Source: Thermoplasmata archaeon (GTDB taxonomy: Archaea; Thermoplasmatota; Thermoplasmata; RBG-16-68-12; JAFNFQ01). From it: DNA of 24,000 nucleotides. Numbering within the stretch: position 1 is the first letter of the stretch; each line of letters begins with the position of its first letter. Below are positions 15,447-21,170 of the stretch, one piece after another. The notes under the pieces are model-generated. The model made no database searches. It was not told the DNA's origin and saw nothing but the letters and a program-made list of their open reading frames with translations. The stretch covers positions 53,448-77,447 of the forward strand of contig JBGPQV010000003.1 of NCBI GenBank assembly GCA_041489255.1. The letters are read 5' to 3'. Both the position numbers and the translations under genes were made by a program.

Positions 15447-15869
15447 ATGCCCCCCGAGGAAGAGCGAGAAGGCGAGATGGAGGAACCTCAGGAGCTGGCC
15501 CAAGAACAGGCCCCGGAAGTCCCCGTGGCCCCGCCAAAGCCCGAGTTGCGCATCGTCGACTTCTCGACAAAGAAGATCAATCCGTTCTGCACCGTCTGCG
15601 GTCTCGAGAAGGACAAGTACATGGAGGTCGAGGTCAAGGGAGTGATCGAGTACACATGCAGGGACTGCTACCGCAGGTCGAGGGGCGCGCCCGCCATGCC
15701 TCCGGCGGCGACCTGCAGGAAGTGCGGAACGCCGATGCAGGTGGGCGACAACTTCTGCGGGAAGTGCGGCAACCCCGCGGTGCTCAAGTGCACAGCCTGC
15801 AACAATGAGGTGGAGGAAGAGGACAGGTTCTGCGCGAAGTGCGGGGCGAAGCTATCCTTCGCGGACTAG
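15447..15869 (+). CDS. Zinc-ribbon repeat protein (140 aa) with an acidic N-terminal tail
   Basis: Six CxxC pairs form three ribbons (CTVCG...CRDC; CRKCG...FCGKCG; CTACN...FCAKCG). The FCxxCG pattern is typical of double zinc-ribbon domains. The N-terminal ~35 aa are E/P-rich. Confidence 0.75.
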   Translation: MPPEEEREGEMEEPQELAQEQAPEVPVAPPKPELRIVDFSTKKINPFCTVCGLEKDKYMEVEVKGVIEYTCRDCYRRSRGAPAMPPAATCRKCGTPMQVGDNFCGKCGNPAVLKCTACNNEVEEEDRFCAKCGAKLSFAD

Positions 15870-16793
15870 CACCGCAGATCCCCTGGGCAGCTTGAATATC
15901 TTCCTTGGCAGCGGGCTCGTCTCGTGCACGCGGAAGCTGCCGAGGTTCGCCTCGAAGCTCTTGACGCCGTCGAGCGAGGTGCTCCCGCCGCCGAGGCTGT
16001 TCCACAGTAGGAACACCACATCGTCCAGTATCTCGTTCTTCACGGCGGTGCGCAGCTCCTCCGCGTTCCCGCCGCGGACGAAGACTATCGGCTCCAGGAT
16101 CATCTCCAGCTCTATCATGGCGGTTGAGCCGGTCTTCGTGATGACCAGGGAGTTCGATTCCGCCCCGCCCTGGAGCGCGGGCACCTCGATCGTGTTCGTG
16201 TCCTTCTTGACCCTGAGGCCATCGCCCCGCAGGTCCCTCTCGACGAGCGCGAGCATCTCCTGCTCCAGGTAGCCGGGCACGAAGTCGACTCTGGGCAGGG
16301 TCGTCTCCCGCCTCAGGCTGAAAGCGAGCGGGCAGCGGTAGGACTTCATCTCCTCCTTGTAGGATATCGATTCGACGATCTCCGGCTTCACCGGTTGCGC
16401 GCCGTCCCTGAGCACGAAGAACTCCGTGTCCGTCCCGTCCGTCACCACGCTCAGGTAGTTCTCGTGGCGGGAGGCTCTGGACTTGAGGGTGCTGTCGTCA
16501 GTCGCGCTGTGGAACACCGCGTGATCTGTCTCGTCCCTGAAGGGATGGCTGTGGAAGATGCCGACGATGCCCACGTTCCTGGGGTACTGCATCGCCAGCT
16601 CGACCTCCTCCCTCGCGTCCGCATGCGCGCCGTATCTGCTCTGCGACTTGTACCTGGTGCAGGGGACCGAGTCGCAGACCCAGACCTCGCTCCTCCCGAA
16701 GAAGCCGAGGAGCCAGCCGATCGTCTCGACGCCTCTCGACCGCGCGACCTCGTTCACGTGGATGTTGATCTTTCGCAGCGCGCTCCGCTGCAT
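15852..16793 (-). CDS. JAB/MPN+ (JAMM) metalloprotease with an uncharacterised ~170-aa C-terminal domain (313 aa from the ATG)
   Basis: The JAMM signature is E (VETIGWLLG) ... HSHPFRDETDHAVFHSATD (HxH-x12-S-xx-D). I place the start at the ATG at 16791-16793. An alternative GTG at 16809-16811 overlaps the E1 stop as GTGA. The track's upstream extension to 16997 overlaps the E1 gene and is rejected. Confidence 0.8.
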   Translation of the reverse strand: MQRSALRKINIHVNEVARSRGVETIGWLLGFFGRSEVWVCDSVPCTRYKSQSRYGAHADAREEVELAMQYPRNVGIVGIFHSHPFRDETDHAVFHSATDDSTLKSRASRHENYLSVVTDGTDTEFFVLRDGAQPVKPEIVESISYKEEMKSYRCPLAFSLRRETTLPRVDFVPGYLEQEMLALVERDLRGDGLRVKKDTNTIEVPALQGGAESNSLVITKTGSTAMIELEMILEPIVFVRGGNAEELRTAVKNEILDDVVFLLWNSLGGGSTSLDGVKSFEANLGSFRVHETSPLPRKIFKLPRGSAVLVREG

Positions 16794-16807
16794 GCGCACG
16801 CTGACCG

Positions 16808-17563
16808 TCACTTCGCACCACCGCAGACCGGGCACTTGGGGTCCCGCTTCCAGTTGTACCTCTGCATCTTCCCCTCCAGGCCATAATAGAGGATGTAAGG
16901 CGCGACTTTGCCGAAGCCAAGGAGGTACTTCAGCGCTTCCTGACACTGCAGGCTCGCGATGATGCCCATGGTTGTGGGAAGCGAAGTGAAGTGGCATGCG
17001 CCGTCTCCGGATTTCTTCAGGTCCGTTGTGCTGTCATCCTTCAAGGCGGGTTTGTTGCAGCGGTAACAGGGCGTCTTGCCGGGGATGATCGAATGCACGG
17101 AGCCGTTGATTCCGTCAAGGGAGGCTCCGCCGTCGATGAGGGGGACCTTCAGCCTCACGCACAGGGAATTAAGGAACAAGCGGACGTGGAACGAGTCGAC
17201 GCATCCGAGGACGAGGTCGGACTCCCTCGCCTCCTTCAGGAGGGCGTCGTAACCCTTGCCGTCGGTGACGTCGTTGGGATAGGTGAGAAGCTCAACGTCG
17301 GAGTTCGCCGCGAGGAGGTACTCCCTGAGCGCGTCCACCTTGAACATGCCTACCTGGTGAGTCCTGTAGATCAGCCTGTTCAGGTTCGCTTCCTCGAGCT
17401 TGTCGAAGTCGAATATCGTCAGGCGCCCGATGCCGCAGCGCGTCATGATCTCCGCGCAGGTCGCGCCGAGGCCGCCGACGCCGACGACGGTCACCTTCTT
17501 CTCCTTCAGCTTCGAGAAGTCCGCGAACGGGAAGATCTTGAGGCGGGCGTATCGCTCAGTCAA
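16808..17563 (-). CDS. E1-like adenylating enzyme, ThiF/MoeB fold, UBA5-like (251 aa)
   Basis: Contains the GVGGLG nucleotide loop, ANLNR, and CYRC plus CPVC Zn-site pairs. Long stretches match my recollection of human UBA5: VTVVGVGGLGATCAEIMTRCGIGRLTIFDFDKLEEANLNRL vs [41 protein letters not shown], and GACHFTSLPTTMGIIASLQCQEALKYLLGFG vs [30 protein letters not shown] (catalytic Cys). Confidence 0.85.
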   Translation of the reverse strand: MTERYARLKIFPFADFSKLKEKKVTVVGVGGLGATCAEIMTRCGIGRLTIFDFDKLEEANLNRLIYRTHQVGMFKVDALREYLLAANSDVELLTYPNDVTDGKGYDALLKEARESDLVLGCVDSFHVRLFLNSLCVRLKVPLIDGGASLDGINGSVHSIIPGKTPCYRCNKPALKDDSTTDLKKSGDGACHFTSLPTTMGIIASLQCQEALKYLLGFGKVAPYILYYGLEGKMQRYNWKRDPKCPVCGGAK

Positions 17564-18026
17564 GCCATCCCTTCCCCCTCATGTCCTTGACCACGCTCTG
17601 CACCCAGTAAGAGACTTCCCTCTTCAGGTAGAGCGCGATGCTGCAGTAGTCGTCCCACCAGTAGTTCTGTTCCATGTGCATGTCGCAGAGCCTCAGCCCG
17701 AGCACGCCATCGTCCACCTTGCGGTCGGTGTAGTTCATCAGCTCGGGAATGCGGCAGGCGGGAGGCGTCTGCGGGTAGGCGTCCTTCAGGACGAGCTCTA
17801 TGTCCCAGGAGTGCGGGCCGTCGAAGACCGTGCCGGTCCAACTAGTCGCCTTGTCCCCCGTCGGGCTGAGGCTGAACCATTTCCCGCCTTCTAGAAACCT
17901 CAGGTACTCCTCGAACCTCCTGAGGGCGTACCTCTCCTCCTTCGCCCTCACGCGCCAGGTTTCGTCCCGCGGCGAAGCTACGGTCGCGCACTGGAGGAAG
18001 TAGAAGAGGTCGTCTTCCTTGGCCAT
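17556..18026 (-). CDS. E2-like conjugating enzyme, UFC1-like (156 aa)
   Basis: Has the UBC-type YPxxPP block ([14 protein letters not shown]) and a candidate catalytic Cys in LRLCDMH. It resembles recalled human UFC1 across its length: [21 protein letters not shown] vs [39 protein letters not shown] vs DWFRLESNKEGTRWFG; TYPTTAPEIAVPEL; KICLTDH. It overlaps the E1 start by 8 nt. Confidence 0.8.
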   Translation of the reverse strand: [156 protein letters not shown]

Positions 18027-18029
18027 GCC

Positions 18030-18275
18030 TCACCCGACGATCGAGGGGTCTATCACGTGGATGTTGGTGCTCCTCTCCGCGATCTCCTTCACCGTGCCGC
18101 CTGGGATCGGCGAGCCGCCGGGGAAGGTCGCGCTGAGCACCGTCGCGTCCTTGTTCTGCCTCTTCGCGGCTAGGACGAAGGCTTCCTGGAAGAGCATGTC
18201 GTCGGGGACCTTGAGGGTGACCACGGGCTTCTCGGCTTCACTTATGAAGATAAAACGCAGGACGACTTGGGGCAT
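18030..18275 (-). CDS. Ubiquitin-fold modifier, UFM1-like, ending in Val-Gly (81 aa)
   Basis: It has the length of a beta-grasp modifier and is the first gene of the operon. An ungapped alignment to recalled human UFM1 shares LxVP...F....AA (LKVPDDMLFQEAFVLAAK vs LSVPESTPFTAVLKFAAE) and the C-terminal ...IDPSIVG* vs the mature ...IPRDRVG. Its stop lies 3 nt before the E2 ATG. Confidence 0.7.
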   Translation of the reverse strand: MPQVVLRFIFISEAEKPVVTLKVPDDMLFQEAFVLAAKRQNKDATVLSATFPGGSPIPGGTVKEIAERSTNIHVIDPSIVG

Positions 18276-18305
18276 GAGGCACCTGGGTTTGCCATGCTGG
18301 GCGCG

Positions 18306-18313
18306 ATATTAAG
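18306..18313 (-). promoter_or_regulatory. TATA-box-like element (CTTAATAT on the minus strand) for the Ubl-E2-E1-JAB operon
   Basis: This is the only AT-rich octamer in the 56-bp gap between the SBBP gene stop (18332) and the Ubl ATG (18275). It is centred about 34 nt upstream of the ATG, which would give a leaderless or very short-leader mRNA, as is common in archaea. Confidence 0.35.
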
Positions 18314-18331
18314 GGTTTGTGGTGAGGCGTC

Positions 18332-21076
18332 TCATTGCGGTCCGGTTGGCGGCGGGCGGGGAGGCTGTGTCTTGGATTGTCCCTGATTCGCGTTTTCTTT
18401 TCGGCGACGTTTCATTGTGACGAGGGCCAGAATGACGATAATGACGGCGACAATGGTGGTGGCGAGGAGCCACCAATACTGAATGATGATTTCGAAGAGT
18501 GATGCACTGATCGTGAAGGGGTTGCTTTGCGCCCAACCCTTCATCCCTCCCGTATCTATCACAGTGATGTTCATGACTACATCGTCCGCCTCGATATCCG
18601 GGAGAGTCCATTGGTAATTCTCCTGTCCTTTGAGGGCTTGCGCAACAGAATATGTGATTCCTCCCGTCGAGTAGTTCAGATACACGATGAGGTTTGCATC
18701 TGCATCTTCGTTGTCCTGCATGGACCATGAGATAGTGTGGTCGGAGCCTTTCTCCCAATGCTCGCCACCGGTCGGCGAGGTCATAGTGACAGACGGGGAA
18801 GCGTTCGGCGTGAAGTTCAGCTTGACGACAAACACATCATACGCCGCGTCCAGTGTATCCTTGAAAGCGTGCGGTGTAACAGGGAAGTCCGCCGATCCTG
18901 TGCAACCCGCCACATAGGCGTTGCCCTCAAGGTCCAGGGCGATTGATTCGGGGCGATCGTAGTCGTTGCCGCCCAGATATGTTCCGTAGATGAGAGCGTC
19001 CCCACTTGTGTTGAGTTTCGCGACGAATCCATCCTCGGATGTGTGGGGATTTGTGTCCAATGCACCTGGGGTGACGGGGAAGTCCGGCGAGTTGGTGTAG
19101 CCTGCCACATAGGCATTTCCCGCTGAATCCAGAGCTATCGAAAACCCATATTCGTCTTGTTCGCCGCCAAGAAGAGTCGAGTAGACCAGCGAACTGCCCG
19201 TCTCTTCAAGCTTTAGGACGAACGCATTTGCGCGTGAATTGTGAACTGACTCCTGGAAAGCGCCCGCGGTGACGGGGAAATCATACGAACCCGAGTGGCC
19301 TGTTATATAGACACTCCCGAAGGGGTCCACGGCGATGGATCTGCCTTCATCCCAATCATCGCCGCCGATGTAGGTTCCGAAAACCAAAGGACCTCCTATT
19401 GTGTCGAGCTTCACGACGAACGCGTCCTGCTCGCCACCCCAGGTTTCGTCGAAAGATCCTGATGTAACGGGGAAGTCGGGCGAATTCGCTGCACCGGTCA
19501 CAAAGGCATTTCCGGCAGAGTCGACTGCAATCGAATGAGCCCATTCGAATTCGCCACTGCCGCCGAAATAGGTTGCATAGAGCAGAGAGTCGCACGTCGG
19601 GTCCAGTTTCGCGACAAAGAGGTCATCCGCCCCATTCATGGCGATGTCGTATGCATTTGATGTGACGGGGAAGTCGCTAGAATTCGTCCATCCGGCTACA
19701 TAGGCATTTCCAGAGGAGTCAACTGCAACAGAGACGCCGTATTCAGCACCGCCACCGCCAAGAAAAGTCGAATAGAAAAGTGTATCTCCTGTCGGACCGA
19801 GCTTGGCTAGGAATGCGTCAGACGTTCCATTTAGAGTCGTGTCGAAAATGCCCGAGGTCACTGGGAAATCCGAGGATTCTGTCCGGCCGGTCAGGTAGGC
19901 ATATCCAGCGGAGTCCAAGGTTATAGAGCCGCTTGACTCTCCAGAGCTGCCCCCCAGATAAGTTCCATAGACGAGGGAGCCCCCGTCTGAGCTTAGCTTC
20001 ACCACGAGTATATCCCTAGAACCGTCGAACGTAGTGTCGAATGCGCCGGGGGTAACAGGGAAGTCCGGAAAAGTAGTTTCAAGCGCTACGTACGCGTGTC
20101 CGGTCGAGTCCACGGCAATGGCATCACGGATGGTCAGCATAGGAGTGCCACCGAGAAACGTCGCGTACACCAAAGGATCTATTATCAGAGGGGCGAAATC
20201 ATCGATGCCAGCACAGCCCAAGCCATAAGATTCACCCGTATGGAGTGTAAAAAAGCAGTCCACTGGTCTACCCTGTTGATATGCGATGGGGGCCGTGTCT
20301 CTGATGTCCCCTACGGCGGTGTGGATTAGGATATCACCCTTCGAATCTGACGAAAGGCCGAGTATTCCCTCATAGGACATGACGATGGTCCCCGGGTTTT
20401 TTCCGGGATCGAGTGCAAGATCGTATTTCACGCCATTTTCTGTCATGCGATAGATCAGATCAATGCCGTCGTACAGATCATCGTAGGCTATCTCTCGGAA
20501 ACTCTTCACGTTTTGTCGCCACTTGGCCGGATCGCTTCCGATGAAGAAGTTGCTCATGAAAGACAATGGTTCGCGGCCTTTCGGCACGACCGTGTTCGCG
20601 CCCCCGAAGCTCAGGCGGACAAGTGCACCCTGAGGGGCGGCTTCTTGAGAAGAAGAGCGCAAGGAGAATTCCTCTATAGAAGGCTCAATGGCGGGCGTAG
20701 GCTCCCTCTCGACCATCTTGATCAGGACTGAACTCTCCCCGAAGCCCATCTGGACGTCACCAAGGTCCGTGTAAAAGAGTACGTCCCGATTGTCGAGCTG
20801 CCCTGCATTCTCCACAAAATAACCGGCGGGCAATGATGTCATCGTCCCCTTTAGCCCTGCCTGGATTTGAGCACCTGAATTGTTCATTCCTCCAGTGTCT
20901 CGCGACGTTGCAGGCAACAGGCTGGCAAGCAACATCGCGCAGCAGAAGACTACGCCAAATCGCAAGCATTCCCGACTTGGTCTCTCCGTGGAACCACCAG
21001 ACGGTCGATGTAGCAGGCGACTGATAAACATTCGGGACGGAACGATGCGCCTGATTGCCCGGTCCAGAAGATTCAC
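18332..21076 (-). CDS. Surface protein with SBBP-type beta-propeller repeats and a C-terminal TM anchor (up to 914 aa; start uncertain)
   Basis: Seven copies of the unit D..GNAYV.G.T.S.DFPVT.GAF......DAFV.KL...G..L.Y.TYLGG. The C-terminal hydrophobic helix WWLLATTIVAVIIVILALVTM is followed by KRRRKE. An N-terminal signal-like segment is present (FGVVFCCAMLLASLLPATS). Alternative starts are M16 (21031) and M48 (20935). Confidence 0.8.
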   Translation of the reverse strand: MNLLDRAIRRIVPSRMFISRLLHRPSGGSTERPSRECLRFGVVFCCAMLLASLLPATSRDTGGMNNSGAQIQAGLKGTMTSLPAGYFVENAGQLDNRDVLFYTDLGDVQMGFGESSVLIKMVEREPTPAIEPSIEEFSLRSSSQEAAPQGALVRLSFGGANTVVPKGREPLSFMSNFFIGSDPAKWRQNVKSFREIAYDDLYDGIDLIYRMTENGVKYDLALDPGKNPGTIVMSYEGILGLSSDSKGDILIHTAVGDIRDTAPIAYQQGRPVDCFFTLHTGESYGLGCAGIDDFAPLIIDPLVYATFLGGTPMLTIRDAIAVDSTGHAYVALETTFPDFPVTPGAFDTTFDGSRDILVVKLSSDGGSLVYGTYLGGSSGESSGSITLDSAGYAYLTGRTESSDFPVTSGIFDTTLNGTSDAFLAKLGPTGDTLFYSTFLGGGGAEYGVSVAVDSSGNAYVAGWTNSSDFPVTSNAYDIAMNGADDLFVAKLDPTCDSLLYATYFGGSGEFEWAHSIAVDSAGNAFVTGAANSPDFPVTSGSFDETWGGEQDAFVVKLDTIGGPLVFGTYIGGDDWDEGRSIAVDPFGSVYITGHSGSYDFPVTAGAFQESVHNSRANAFVLKLEETGSSLVYSTLLGGEQDEYGFSIALDSAGNAYVAGYTNSPDFPVTPGALDTNPHTSEDGFVAKLNTSGDALIYGTYLGGNDYDRPESIALDLEGNAYVAGCTGSADFPVTPHAFKDTLDAAYDVFVVKLNFTPNASPSVTMTSPTGGEHWEKGSDHTISWSMQDNEDADANLIVYLNYSTGGITYSVAQALKGQENYQWTLPDIEADDVVMNITVIDTGGMKGWAQSNPFTISASLFEIIIQYWWLLATTIVAVIIVILALVTMKRRRKENANQGQSKTQPPRPPPTGPQ

Positions 21077-21170
21077 TCGGGTTATTGTTGATGGCGACGT
21101 TCATCTGGGAATGCGAAGGCATATGTCCGACTATCGACATTCGAATTCAATCATTTGGAGGCAGTCGAAC

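Noticed and set aside
15447-15869. Calling the zinc-ribbon protein a RING-type E3 for the Ubl cascade
   Set aside because: All ligands are paired CxxC motifs with ribbon spacing, with no His and no C3HC4 cross-brace pattern. The gene is also on the opposite strand. It is kept only as a low-interest hypothesis.
16794-16997. Upstream extension of the JAB ORF (381-aa track version)
   Set aside because: It overlaps the 3' ~190 nt of the well-supported E1 gene in another frame. The JAB domain homology starts after the Met at 16793, and a coupled GTGA or nearby ATG start explains the junction.
16395-17894. Plus-strand ORFs of 134-199 aa antisense to the JAB/E1/E2 genes (16395-16886, 16558-16962, 16991-17590, 17400-17894)
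   Set aside because: They are antisense shadows of genes with clear catalytic motifs, and they are Arg/Ala/Pro-rich with no signatures.
20880-21170. The N-terminal 97 codons of the 736-aa track ORF for the peptidase
   Set aside because: It is antisense to the 5' end of the SBBP gene and has no peptidase-like sequence. An ATG with GGAGG 10 nt upstream sits at 21171.
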